A DNA stretch of 64,000 bases. Source: an uncultured Lachnospiraceae bacterium. Lineage in GTDB: Bacteria; Bacillota; Clostridia; Lachnospirales; Lachnospiraceae. Both the position numbers and the translations under genes were made by a program. The stretch is from assembly GCA_902489645.1 (NCBI GenBank), contig CABUAW010000004.1, positions 13,667-77,666 of the forward strand, read 5' to 3'. The notes below the pieces were generated by a model. That model ran no database searches. It had not been told where the DNA came from and worked only from the letters and a program-made list of their open reading frames with translations. Positions 38,064-48,960 of the stretch are shown here, piece after piece; positions within the stretch are counted from its first letter, which is position 1, and the number at the start of each line of letters is the position of its first letter.

Positions 38064-41000
38064 GAAGAATAGTATTAAAAAAGTGTTAGTCATTGGTTCC
38101 GGCCCGATTATCATCGGACAGGCAGCAGAATTCGATTATGCCGGCACACAGGCCTGTCGTTCCCTGAAAGAAGAAGGGGTTGAGGTCGTTCTTGTCAACT
38201 CCAATCCGGCCACCATCATGACCGATAAAAATATTGCGGATAAGGTGTATATTGAGCCTTTAGATGTGGACGTCCTCAAGAAAATCATAGAAAAAGAAGA
38301 ACCGGACAGTCTGCTTCCGACGCTGGGCGGGCAGGCCGCATTAAATATTGCCATGGAGCTTTATGAGTCCGGGTTTCTGAATGAAAAAAAGGTTCAGATG
38401 ATTGGAACGACTTCGGAAACCATTAAAAAGGCAGAGGACCGTCTGGAATTTAAAGAGACAATGGAAAAAATCGGAGAGCCCTGCGCGGCCAGTGAAGTCT
38501 GTACCACATTAAAAGGGTGTATCGATTTTGCGGAAAAGATTGGCTATCCGGTCGTTATCCGTCCGGCCTATACATTGGGCGGCAGCGGCGGCGGTATCGC
38601 CCACAGCCTGGAAGAATTAAAAGAGATTGCCAGCAACGGACTGCGCCTGAGCCGTGTGGGACAGGTATTGGTAGAGCGTTATATCGGCGGCTGGAAGGAA
38701 ATCGAATACGAAGTGATGCGCGACAGCTACGGCAACTGCATTACCGTATGTAATATGGAAAACATTGACCCTGTCGGCGTTCACACGGGAGACAGCATTG
38801 TTGTCGCTCCGTCACAGACGCTGGCAGATAAGTAATATCAGATGCTCCGCACCTCTGCTTTAAATATCATTACGGAACTGGGAATTACCGGCGGCTGTAA
38901 CGTTCAGTACGCATTAAATCCGGACAGTTTTGAATACTGTGTTATCGAGGTCAACCCTCGTGTCAGCCGTTCTTCCGCACTGGCTTCCAAGGCTACCGGA
39001 TATCCGATTGCCAAGGTTGCCGCCAAAATTGCGCTTGGCTATGCCCTGGATGAAATCAAAAACGCTGTCACAGGAAAGACCTATGCCAGCTTTGAGCCGG
39101 CGCTGGACTACTGTGTTGTCAAAATACCGAAATGGCCGTTTGATAAATTTGTCAGCGCCAAACGTACATTGACGACCCAGATGAAGGCCACCGGAGAGGT
39201 CATGAGCATTTGTCCGAATTTTGAAGGCGCTTTAATGAAAGCGCTGCGTTCTCTGGAACAGAATATTTACAGTCTGAATTACGGCGGATTCGGAGAGCTT
39301 TCCGACGAAGAACTGGAAAAGGCCCTTTACCTCATTGACGACCACCGTCTATTCTACATTGCCGAAGCTTTCCGGCGCGGCTACGATATGGAAAAAATTC
39401 ATGCCATCAACAAGATTGACAGGTGGTTTCTGGATAAGATTAAAGTTCTCGTCGATATGGAAAACCGTTTGAAAACCGAGGAGCTGACGGCAGAACTTTT
39501 GAAAGAAGCAAAACGGATGGAATTTCCGGACAGAGCCATTGCCCAGTTTACGGGTAAGAGTGAGGCGGAAGTAAAGGCAATGCGCTACCGCAATAATATT
39601 ATTGCGGCCTTTAAGATGGTAGATACATGCGCCGCCGAATTTGAATCGGAGACACCGTATTATTATTCCTGCTTTGGCAGTCAGAACGAGGTTGAGCCGG
39701 GAGATAATATGCGTAAAAAGATTGTTGTCCTCGGTTCCGGTCCGATTCGCATCGGCCAGGGAATTGAGTTTGACTATTGCTCCGTACACAGCGTATGGGC
39801 CCTGGCCGATGCGGGTTACGAGACGATTATTATTAACAACAATCCGGAGACCGTAAGTACGGACTTTGATATTGCGGATAAGCTTTACTTCGAACCGCTG
39901 ACACCGGAGGACGTGGAAAATATCGTCCGTCTGGAAAAACCGGACGGTGCGGTTGTTCAGTTTGGCGGACAGACAGCGATTAAATTAACGGAAGCCATCA
40001 TGAAGATGGGCGTGCCGATTCTCGGAACAAGCTCCGACGATGTGGATGCCGCAGAGGATAGAGAGCGGTTTGATGAGATTCTTGAACAGTGTAAGATTCC
40101 GCGTCCGGCCGGAACAACGGTATTTACCACCGAAGAAGCGCTGCAGGCGGCCAATGAGCTGGGATATCCGGTGCTTGTGCGTCCGTCCTACGTTCTCGGC
40201 GGCCAGGGGATGCAGATTGCGGTCAATGACGGCGATATCGTTGAATTCATGGCAATTATTAACAGAGATGTTCAGGAACATCCGATTTTGGTTGACAAAT
40301 ATCTGGTCGGTAAGGAAGTCGAGGTTGACGGCGTATGCGACGGAATAGACATATTGATTCCTGGTATTATGGAGCATATTGAACGGGCCGGCGTACACTC
40401 CGGGGACAGTATTTCCGTTTACCCGGCGCAGAGTTTGTCGGAAGACATCATTAAAAAGCTGGAAGATTACACGGGGCGCCTGGCGAGAGCGCTTCACGTA
40501 AAGGGACTTTTAAATATCCAGTTTATTGTCCATGATAATGAAGTGTATGTTATCGAAGTCAATCCGCGTTCCAGCCGTACCGTTCCTTATATCAGCAAGG
40601 TGACCGGTATTCCGATTGTGGACATTGCTTCTAAGGTTATCGTCGGAAAGACGATTAAAGAGTTGGGATATGAGCCGGGACTCCAGAAGAAATCCGATTA
40701 TATTGCCATTAAACAGCCGGTATTCTCCTTTGAGAAGCTTCGCGGCGCGGAAATCAGCCTTGGACCGGAAATGAAATCCACCGGCGAGGTTCTCGGTATT
40801 GCGAAAGATTTTCATGAAGCATTATATAAATCCTTCTTGGGCGCGGGCATCAATCTGCCACGGACAAAGAAAATGATTTGTACCGTTAAGGATTCGGATA
40901 AAGAAGAGTTGATTCCGATTGCCAAACGGTTCTACGACTTGGGATACGAGATTTATGCGACCCGCAGTACGGCGGCCGTTTTGAATGAAAATGGCATGAA

Positions 41001-41256
41001 AGCCACACGAATTAATAAAATTCATGACGGTTCACCGAATGTCCTGGATTTAATTCTGGCCGGTGAAGTTGATTTGATTATCGATACGCCGACCCATGGC
41101 CGTGACAAATCGAGAGACGGCTTCCTCATTCGCCGGAATGCCATCGAGACGGGCGTGACCTGTCTGACTTCCCTGGATACGGCAAAGGCGCTTGTGACCA
41201 GTCTGGAAAATGCCAGCTTAAATAATTTGTCTGTCGTGGATATCGCTGAAATTTAA
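38056..41256 (+). pseudogene. carB: Carbamoyl-phosphate synthase large subunit interrupted by an in-frame TAA at 38833-38835 (real mutation or sequencing error)
   Basis: Two same-frame ORFs; reads L-A-D-K-stop-Y-Q-M-L-R where the family has DKEYQMLR. Confidence 0.85.
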
Positions 41257-41272
41257 AATTCAGGTTTCTCTA

Positions 41273-41352
41273 TTGACAAAATATGGGATTTACTGATATG
41301 ATTAGCCCATAACACAAAGGCGTGCTTAACTGTATAAGTACGCCTTTTTTTA
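41273..41352 (+). promoter_or_regulatory. glnA promoter with ANTAR-type dual hairpin and terminator leader
   Basis: TTGACA-N18-TATGAT; CAC-AAAGGC-GTG and CTTA-ACTGTA-TAAG with AnnG loops, overlapping an AAGGCGT..ACGCCTT-T-run terminator. Confidence 0.75.
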
Positions 41353-41371
41353 AAAAAAGGAGTGAAAATGA

Positions 41372-42703
41372 GTGTCAAGATATACTAAACAGGATATCAT
41401 TCGTATGATTCAGGATAATGACGTTGAATTTATCCGTCTTCAATTTACAGATATTTTCGGAACTTTGAAAAACGTGGCGATTACGGCCAGTCAGATTGAA
41501 AGGGCTTTGAAAAATGAATGTATGTTTGACGGCTCGGCAATCGAAGGCTTTGTCCGGATTGAAGAATCCGACATGTATCTTCATCCGGACCTGGATACAT
41601 TCCAGATTTTTCCGTGGCGGCCTCAGCAGGGCAAGGTGGCCCGTCTGATTTGCGACGTATACCGTCCCAACGGCGAGCCATTTGAGGGGGACCCGAGATA
41701 TATTTTGAAAAAAGTCATTAAACAGGCCGAGGATATGGGCTACAGCTTTGAAGTCGGACCGGAATGTGAATTTTTCCTTTTCCATACCGATGATAACGGT
41801 ATGCCGACGACCATTACCCATGAAAAAGGCAGTTATTTTGACCTGGGTCCGGTGGACTTGGGTGAAAATGCCCGCCGGGATATGGTGCTGAATCTGGAAG
41901 ATATGGGCTTTGAAATTGAAGCGTCCCATCACGAGGTAGCTTCCGCCCAGCATGAGATTGATTTCGCCCACAATGGAGCGCTTCAGACGGCGGACGGTAT
42001 CATGACCTTAAAGCTGGTTATTAAATCCATTGCGAAACGCCATGGATTACATGCGTCCTTTATGCCGAAGCCAAAGTCCGGCGTTTCCGGTTCCGGTATG
42101 CATATTAACATGTCTTTGCAGAAAAATGGACATAATATTTTCTATAATCCGGAAGGTGAGCTGGAGCTGAGTGAAGACGCTTATCATTTTATTGCCGGAA
42201 TTTTGGCCCATGCCAAAGGCATTACGGCGCTGACCAACCCGTTGGTTAATTCTTATAAACGGTTAGTCGCCGGATATGAGGCCCCGATTTATATTGCATG
42301 GTCTGTGATGAACCGGAGTCCGCTGGTGCGCGTTCCGGCCGCCCGGGGCAAGGGGACCCGCGTAGAGCTGCGCTGCCCGGACCCGGCATGTAATCCATAT
42401 CTTGTTCTGGCTGTCTGCCTGGCGGCCGGTCTGGAAGGAATCAAGAAGAAACTTGTTCCTCCGGCCAGAGTTGACCGGAATATTTTTGAAATGGACAGAA
42501 ATGAAAAAGAAGCGCTTCATATAGAAAGTCTTCCGCAGGATTTGTGCGAGGCGACAAGGGAATTGGAGAAAGATGCCTTTGTCCGCAACGTGCTTGGAGA
42601 GCATGTCAGCGAGAAATATATTGAAGCAAAATATAAAGAATGGGAAAATTACCGTGTTCAGGTAACCGAATGGGAAATCGAAGAATACCTGTACCGTATT
42701 TAA
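41372..42703 (+). CDS. glnA: Glutamine synthetase type I
   Basis: MFDGSAI, HHEVA..QHEIDF, FMPKP, NSYKRL, RVELR. Confidence 0.96.
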   Translation: MSRYTKQDIIRMIQDNDVEFIRLQFTDIFGTLKNVAITASQIERALKNECMFDGSAIEGFVRIEESDMYLHPDLDTFQIFPWRPQQGKVARLICDVYRPNGEPFEGDPRYILKKVIKQAEDMGYSFEVGPECEFFLFHTDDNGMPTTITHEKGSYFDLGPVDLGENARRDMVLNLEDMGFEIEASHHEVASAQHEIDFAHNGALQTADGIMTLKLVIKSIAKRHGLHASFMPKPKSGVSGSGMHINMSLQKNGHNIFYNPEGELELSEDAYHFIAGILAHAKGITALTNPLVNSYKRLVAGYEAPIYIAWSVMNRSPLVRVPAARGKGTRVELRCPDPACNPYLVLAVCLAAGLEGIKKKLVPPARVDRNIFEMDRNEKEALHIESLPQDLCEATRELEKDAFVRNVLGEHVSEKYIEAKYKEWENYRVQVTEWEIEEYLYRI

Positions 42704-42733
42704 GCATTTAAACCGGCATACAGCAAAACCGAG

Positions 42734-43294
42734 GTGATGAAAATGGTCAGCATAATCGTAGCCTTTAAAAAACAGACAGATGCGGCGAATATACGAAATT
42801 TGTTGACGCGGTTTGGGTATAATGTCGTCGGGGTTTGCACAAGCGGAGCCGCCGTTTTGAATGTCATCGACCAGATGATTGATTCGGACGGGATTGTTGT
42901 TTGCGGCTGCCGTTTGGGAGATATGGATTGTTTCCATCTGCATAAGTTCTTGCCCGAATATTATCAAATGGTTATTATGGGGTCGCAGGCCGCTTTAGAA
43001 CAAGTGGAATATATGGATGCTTTAAAGATTACGCTGCCGATGAAAACCCAGCTTTTCATCAATAATATCGAGCTTTTAGAAACAACAATGATGCGCAGGC
43101 GTAAAAAGCGCCGGGAGATGCCGAAAAACCGTTCAGGGGAAGAACGCATTTTGATTGACAGCGCAAAGAGCCTGTTAATGGAAGCGAAAAAATATACGGA
43201 AGAGGAGGCGCATCGTTATCTCCAGAAAACCAGTATGAGCAACGGTACAAGTATTGTGGAGACGGCTCAGATGGTATTGGAATTATTTGGATAA
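42734..43294 (+). CDS. ANTAR-domain response regulator (NitR-like antiterminator)
   Basis: Degenerate receiver plus AKSLLM..TEEEAHRYLQKTSM ANTAR motif; follows glnA. Confidence 0.88.
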   Translation: MMKMVSIIVAFKKQTDAANIRNLLTRFGYNVVGVCTSGAAVLNVIDQMIDSDGIVVCGCRLGDMDCFHLHKFLPEYYQMVIMGSQAALEQVEYMDALKITLPMKTQLFINNIELLETTMMRRRKKRREMPKNRSGEERILIDSAKSLLMEAKKYTEEEAHRYLQKTSMSNGTSIVETAQMVLELFG

Positions 43295-43306
43295 ACAGGA
43301 GGGATT

Positions 43307-44323
43307 ATGGTCAGAAATAACCGGGGGAAATATTTCATTTTTGCAATGTCGATAGTGTGTGCGCTGCTTTTGACAGCATGCGGCAGCACATCAAGTAAAG
43401 AAAGTATTGTGGAGCAGAACACGGTCAATTATAAGACGAACAATTATGCCGCAGCGGATTATAGCTATGAGGCCGCGGCCGCAGAAGAGGGCTATGACGC
43501 TGCGGATACCGGAGCGTACAGCGAGGCTACGCAAGCCGGCGGCGCGTCGGAGAACGGCTCCCTTTTGTCGGAGGATGCGGCGGCTGCCGAAAGCGGACGG
43601 AAGCTGATAAAAAATGTCAGCTTGGATGTGGAGACAAAGGCTTTTGATACGTTTATTGCCGATTTGGAGAAAGAAGTGGAAGGCCTTGGCGGCTATATTG
43701 AGTATTCCAGTGTGAGCGGCAGCAGTTATTTATCCGAGGGGAATCAGCGCATGGCCTGGTATACGGCCAGAATTCCCGAATCAAAGCTGGAAACCTTTAT
43801 TTCCAAAGTGGGAGATAACGGGAATATTACAAATATCTCGCGGGATGTGAGGGATATTACTCTGGAATATGTGGATGTGGAAGGGCGGATTTCATCTTTG
43901 GAGACGGAGCTTGAACGGTTAAATGAACTGCTTTTGGAGGCGTCTTCGATTGAGGATATTCTCGCCATTGAAGCCAAAATTTCCGATGTCCGCTATGAAT
44001 TGGAATCCTATCAGAGCCAAATGAACAGTTATAAAAATCAGATTGATTACAGTACAGTCAACATAAATGTGATGGAAGTGGATGTTGTATCGGCCGGAAT
44101 AGGCGATTCGGCATGGGAACAGATTCAAAGCGGATTTATGAATAGCCTTTACGGACTTGGGAGAGGATTGAGCCGTTTTGTTATCGGCCTGCTCAGTGCG
44201 ATTCCGTATCTGGCCGTGATTGCCGTGATTGTTGTCATTGTCGTGAAAGTGGCCCATAAGCGGGGAAAAAGAAGAAAAGAACGTCAGGCGGAGGAAACGC
44301 AGACAGACGAGACAGATAAATAG
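43307..44323 (+). CDS. DUF4349-family lipoprotein
   Basis: Lipobox LTAC, RKLIKN, DITLEYVD, coiled coil, C-terminal TM. Confidence 0.8.
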   Translation: MVRNNRGKYFIFAMSIVCALLLTACGSTSSKESIVEQNTVNYKTNNYAAADYSYEAAAAEEGYDAADTGAYSEATQAGGASENGSLLSEDAAAAESGRKLIKNVSLDVETKAFDTFIADLEKEVEGLGGYIEYSSVSGSSYLSEGNQRMAWYTARIPESKLETFISKVGDNGNITNISRDVRDITLEYVDVEGRISSLETELERLNELLLEASSIEDILAIEAKISDVRYELESYQSQMNSYKNQIDYSTVNINVMEVDVVSAGIGDSAWEQIQSGFMNSLYGLGRGLSRFVIGLLSAIPYLAVIAVIVVIVVKVAHKRGKRRKERQAEETQTDETDK

Positions 44324-44406
44324 ATAGTTTATAGAAAGAGGCAGGGCAGGCGAAATACGCGGAGCGTGTTTCGCCTGGTTTATGGATATCGAAGGAGGAC
44401 GGATAA

Positions 44407-44700
44407 ATGGCAAATGTGATTTCTGATGAAACCATCGAATATGTCGGTATTCTGGCAAAGCTTGAATTGTCTGAGGAAGAAAAAGAACAGGCAAAAAAGG
44501 ACATGGGCAGTATGCTGGACTATATTGATAAATTAAACGAACTGGACACTTCCGGGGTTGAGCCGATGTCTCATGTGTTTCCGGTACATAATGTGTTCCG
44601 TGAAGACGTTGTAGTAAACGGCGATACCCGTGAAAAAATTCTGGCCAATGCACCAAGGGAAAAAGATGGAAGCTTTGTGGTGCCAAAGACGGTAGAGTAG
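44407..44700 (+). CDS. gatC: Asp/Glu-tRNA amidotransferase subunit C
   Basis: [28 protein letters not shown]. Confidence 0.95.
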   Translation: MANVISDETIEYVGILAKLELSEEEKEQAKKDMGSMLDYIDKLNELDTSGVEPMSHVFPVHNVFREDVVVNGDTREKILANAPREKDGSFVVPKTVE

Positions 44701-44710
44701 GAGGGAAACC

Positions 44711-46222
44711 ATGGATTTAATGCAGTTGACCGCAGTTGAACTGGGGAAAAGAATTAAAAATAAAGACGTGACTGTGAAAGAATGTGTGGAAGCGGCCCTC
44801 GCTAACATTGACGCTGTGGAAGACCAGATTCACAGCTTTGTTACGGTAGACAGGGAAGGGGCTTTAAAAAAAGCAGAGGAAATTCAGTCAAAAATTGATG
44901 CGGGAGAACTTACGGGGCCTTTAGCCGGCGTCCCTGTGGCCATCAAGGACAATATGTGTACAGAGGGGATGCTGACAACTTGCAGTTCCAGAATTCTTTA
45001 TAATTTTGTGCCAACCTATACGTCCGAGGCCGTACTGAATCTGGAAAGAGCCGGAGCCGTCATTATCGGAAAAACCAATATGGATGAATTTGCCATGGGA
45101 AGTACGACGGAAACCTCCGCCTTTGGACCGACGAAAAATCCGTGGAATACGGAACATGTACCGGGCGGTTCCTCCGGCGGTTCCTGTACGTCAGTGGCTG
45201 CCGAGGAAGTTCCTTACGCCCTTGGTTCGGATACGGGCGGTTCCATCCGTCAGCCAAGTTCATTCTGCGGCGTTGTGGGAATTAAACCGACCTATGGCAC
45301 AGTTTCCCGTTACGGCCTTATTGCCTATGGTTCTTCGTTGGACCAGATTGGCCCTGTAGCGAAGGATGTGACCGACTGTGCGACAATTTTGGAAGCCATC
45401 GCCTCCTATGACCCGAAGGACAGCACCTCCGTTCAACGTGAGGACTATGACTTTACGTCGGCGTTGGTGGACGATGTGAAGGGACTTCGCATCGGAATTC
45501 CGAGGGACTATTTTGGCGAAGGTCTGGATGAAGAGGTGAAGACGGCCGTTCTTGCCGCGGCGAAGGCTCTGGAAGAAAAAGGCGCTGTTGTCGAAGAATT
45601 CGACCTGAGCCTGGTGGAATATGCCATTCCGGCCTATTATGTTATCGCTTCTGCGGAAGCCAGCTCCAATCTGGCCCGGTTTGACGGTGTGAAATACGGC
45701 TATCGTACCGAAGAATACGAAGGACTTCACAACATGTATAAGAAGAGCCGTTCCGAGGGATTTGGAGCGGAGGTGAAACGGCGGATTATGCTCGGCTCCT
45801 TTGTTTTAAGCTCCGGTTATTATGATGCTTACTATCTGAAAGCCCTGCGTACAAAGGCGCTGATTAAGCAGGCCTTTGATAAAGCCTTTGAAAAATACGA
45901 TGTGATTCTGGGGCCTGCGGCGCCGACGACGGCGCCAAAACTTGGCAAGTCTCTCAGCGACCCGATTAAGATGTATCTGGGAGATATTTATACGATTTCT
46001 GTTAATCTGGCCGGACTGCCGGGCTTATCCATGCCATGCGGTACAGACAGCAGGGGACTGCCGATAGGTGTTCAGATGATTGGAGATTGCTTTAAAGAAA
46101 AAAATATTATCCGGGCGGCCTATGCCTTTGAACGGACGAGAACCTATCAGCGTCCGGCGTTGGCAGAGCAGAAAGCCTGCACTCAGGATAGGGCGGCATT
46201 TGCCGGGAAAGGAGCAGAATAA
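44711..46222 (+). CDS. gatA: Asp/Glu-tRNA amidotransferase subunit A
   Basis: Amidase signature GGSSGGS and GSDTGGSIRQP. Confidence 0.96.
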   Translation: MDLMQLTAVELGKRIKNKDVTVKECVEAALANIDAVEDQIHSFVTVDREGALKKAEEIQSKIDAGELTGPLAGVPVAIKDNMCTEGMLTTCSSRILYNFVPTYTSEAVLNLERAGAVIIGKTNMDEFAMGSTTETSAFGPTKNPWNTEHVPGGSSGGSCTSVAAEEVPYALGSDTGGSIRQPSSFCGVVGIKPTYGTVSRYGLIAYGSSLDQIGPVAKDVTDCATILEAIASYDPKDSTSVQREDYDFTSALVDDVKGLRIGIPRDYFGEGLDEEVKTAVLAAAKALEEKGAVVEEFDLSLVEYAIPAYYVIASAEASSNLARFDGVKYGYRTEEYEGLHNMYKKSRSEGFGAEVKRRIMLGSFVLSSGYYDAYYLKALRTKALIKQAFDKAFEKYDVILGPAAPTTAPKLGKSLSDPIKMYLGDIYTISVNLAGLPGLSMPCGTDSRGLPIGVQMIGDCFKEKNIIRAAYAFERTRTYQRPALAEQKACTQDRAAFAGKGAE

Positions 46223-47661
46223 TGGCAAAACAGTATGAAACCGTCATTGGACTGGAAGTCCATGTAGAGCTTGCAACAAAAACAAAAATCTTCTGTTCCT
46301 GCAGTACGGAATTCGGGGGAGCGCCAAACACCCATACCTGTCCGGTATGTACCGGAATGCCCGGTTCTCTGCCGGTGCTGAATAAGCAGGTTGTTGAATA
46401 TGCCATTGCCGTTGGGCTGGCGACCAATTGTTCCATTACCCAGTATTGTAAATTTGACCGAAAGAATTATTTTTATCCGGATAATCCGCAGAACTATCAG
46501 ATTTCCCAGCTCTATCTGCCAATCTGCCGCAATGGCGGTGTGGAGATTGAGACGGAAAAGGGCGGCAAAAAAACCGTCGGTATTCATGAAATCCATATGG
46601 AGGAGGACGCAGGAAAGCTGATTCACGATGAATGGGAGGATGCTTCTCTGGTAGATTTCAATCGTTCCGGCGTTCCTCTTATCGAAATCGTATCCGAGCC
46701 GGACATGCGTTCTGCCGATGAAGTCATCGCTTATCTGGAAAAACTGCGTATGATTATTCAGTATCTTGGGGCTTCCGATTGTAAACTCCAGGAAGGTTCT
46801 ATGCGGGCCGACGTCAACCTGTCTGTCCGTGAAGTGGGGGCCGGGGTCTTTGGAACGCGTACGGAGATGAAAAACCTGAATTCCTTTAAGGCCATTGCCC
46901 GAGCTATCGAGGGTGAACGGGAGCGCCAGATTGACCTGTTGGAAGCGGGCAAAGCGGTTGTTCAGGAAACACGGCGTTGGGATGATACCAAAGAAACTTC
47001 CTATGCGATGCGTTCAAAAGAGGACGCCCAGGATTATCGATATTTTCCGGAACCGGACCTTGTGCCGATTATTATCAGCGATGAATGGATTGAAGAAATC
47101 CGCAGCCGTCAGCCGGAGCTTCGCACAGAAAAACTGGAGCGCTATAAGAAGGAATATGACATTCCCCAGTATGATGCGGAAATACTCACTTCCCATAAAA
47201 AGCTGGCGGATATATTCGAAGCGACGGTGGCCCTTGGAAAGAAACCAAAGGAGGTTTCCAACTGGCTGATGGTGGAAACGATGCGTCTTTTAAAGGAGCA
47301 TGATATGGAGCCGGCCGATTTGCGCTTTGCACCGGAAAATCTGGCAAAGCTTATCGGTTTGATTGAAGCGGGGGCCATTAACCGGACAACGGCCAAGGAA
47401 GTTTTCGAGAAGGTTTTTGCTGACAATGTGAATCCGGAAACCTATGTTGAAGAAAATGGATTGAAGATTGAAGCCGACGACGGCGCTCTTAAAGGAATTA
47501 TTGAAGGCATTGTCGCCGCGAATCCTCAGTCTGTGGCCGATTATAGAGCCGGAAAGAAAAAAGCCATCGGTTTCCTTGTAGGACAGACGATGAAAGCTAT
47601 GAAAGGCAAAGCGGACCCGGGAACCGTCAATAAAATACTGACTGAAATTTTAAATTCTTAA
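46222..47661 (+). CDS. gatB: Asp/Glu-tRNA amidotransferase subunit B
   Basis: IGLEVHVEL, DRKNYFYPD and YRYFPEPDL motifs. Confidence 0.97.
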   Translation: MAKQYETVIGLEVHVELATKTKIFCSCSTEFGGAPNTHTCPVCTGMPGSLPVLNKQVVEYAIAVGLATNCSITQYCKFDRKNYFYPDNPQNYQISQLYLPICRNGGVEIETEKGGKKTVGIHEIHMEEDAGKLIHDEWEDASLVDFNRSGVPLIEIVSEPDMRSADEVIAYLEKLRMIIQYLGASDCKLQEGSMRADVNLSVREVGAGVFGTRTEMKNLNSFKAIARAIEGERERQIDLLEAGKAVVQETRRWDDTKETSYAMRSKEDAQDYRYFPEPDLVPIIISDEWIEEIRSRQPELRTEKLERYKKEYDIPQYDAEILTSHKKLADIFEATVALGKKPKEVSNWLMVETMRLLKEHDMEPADLRFAPENLAKLIGLIEAGAINRTTAKEVFEKVFADNVNPETYVEENGLKIEADDGALKGIIEGIVAANPQSVADYRAGKKKAIGFLVGQTMKAMKGKADPGTVNKILTEILNS

Positions 47662-47793
47662 ATATTTTGAAAAATGGATAGATACTTTTAATTTTCTTGA
47701 ATCGGGAAGAATTAGAAGTATCTATTTTTTTATCCGGTGGGGTCAAATTTGTGATAGAATAAAGCAAGTAAACATCGGTATTGGAGGTTCAAA

Positions 47794-48960
47794 TTGAAAA
47801 TATTTCACATTGCCGATTTGCATATCGGAAAACAGTTAAATTATTATAGCTTAAAAGAAAATCAGGAAGATATCCTGAATCAGATAATAGAAAAAATGGA
47901 AGAATACCGGCCGGATGTTTTGCTGATTGCGGGGGACATTTTTGATAAAGCCATGCCTTCGGGAGAGGCCTACGGATTGTTTGATGATTTTTTAAACCGG
48001 GCGGCCGCCTTGCGTCCGGCTGTCCCAATCTGTATGATTGCGGGAAATCATGATTCACCGGAGCGATTGAATTATGCCAGCAGTTTTATGGAAAAGCATC
48101 AGATTTATATATCGGTCATGCCGCCCCAGAGAGCGGATGAGTATTTGAAAAAAGTGGTGTTGGAGGATGCGTTTGGCCCGGTCAATATCTATCTTCTGCC
48201 TTTTACAAAGCCGGGTTATGTCCGGCCGCTATTTCCGGATGCCGATATGACAGACTATGAGACGGCTGTCCGGGCCGTGCTTGAGCGGGAGAGGGTGGAT
48301 ACGTCTCAGAGAAATATTCTTGTGTCCCACCAGTTTTATCAGAGTATGGGATGGGAGACGGCAACCTGCGATTCGGAACAGGTATTGTTATCGGTCGGCG
48401 GGCTGGACCGGATTGACATTTCGGTGTTAAAGGACTTTGATTATGTGGCCCTGGGGCATCTGCACGGGCCGCAAAAGATTAAAGAAGCGCATATTCGCTA
48501 TGCGGGTTCGCCTTTGAAGTATTCGGTGAGCGAAGAACGGCATCATAAATCCATTACCATGGCGACGTTTGGGAAAAAAGGCGAACCGCCAGAAATCCGG
48601 CAGATTCCGTTAAAGGCCAGACAGGATGTCCGCACGGAGCGGGGAATGTTGAAAGAGGTTTTAGACCGGGCGACGGAGGAAAACCGCCATGATTTTGTCA
48701 GTGTGACGCTTACCGATGAAAACGAGCCGTATCGGATGAAAGAGATGCTCAGAGAGGTTTACGACTATCTTTTAGAAATCCGGGTAGATAACAGGCGGAC
48801 GCAAAAACGTCTGGAATTGACGTTGGAAAAGCAGGAAAATCTGACGCCGTTGGAAGCTTTTCGGGCTTTTTATGAAGATGTCGGGAAAATGCCGCTGACG
48901 GAGGCGGAGGAAATTTTGATACAGAAAACACTGAATCAATTGACGGAGGACAGGGAATGA
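47794..48960 (+). CDS. sbcD: SbcD/Mre11 nuclease
   Basis: ADLHIG, AGDIFD, AGNHD and ALGHLH motifs. Confidence 0.93.
   Translation: MKIFHIADLHIGKQLNYYSLKENQEDILNQIIEKMEEYRPDVLLIAGDIFDKAMPSGEAYGLFDDFLNRAAALRPAVPICMIAGNHDSPERLNYASSFMEKHQIYISVMPPQRADEYLKKVVLEDAFGPVNIYLLPFTKPGYVRPLFPDADMTDYETAVRAVLERERVDTSQRNILVSHQFYQSMGWETATCDSEQVLLSVGGLDRIDISVLKDFDYVALGHLHGPQKIKEAHIRYAGSPLKYSVSEERHHKSITMATFGKKGEPPEIRQIPLKARQDVRTERGMLKEVLDRATEENRHDFVSVTLTDENEPYRMKEMLREVYDYLLEIRVDNRRTQKRLELTLEKQENLTPLEAFRAFYEDVGKMPLTEAEEILIQKTLNQLTEDRE

Noticed and set aside
38833..38835. Programmed recoding (selenocysteine or pyrrolysine) in carB
   Set aside because: The codon is TAA at a conserved Glu position, and TAA serves as a normal stop throughout the window.
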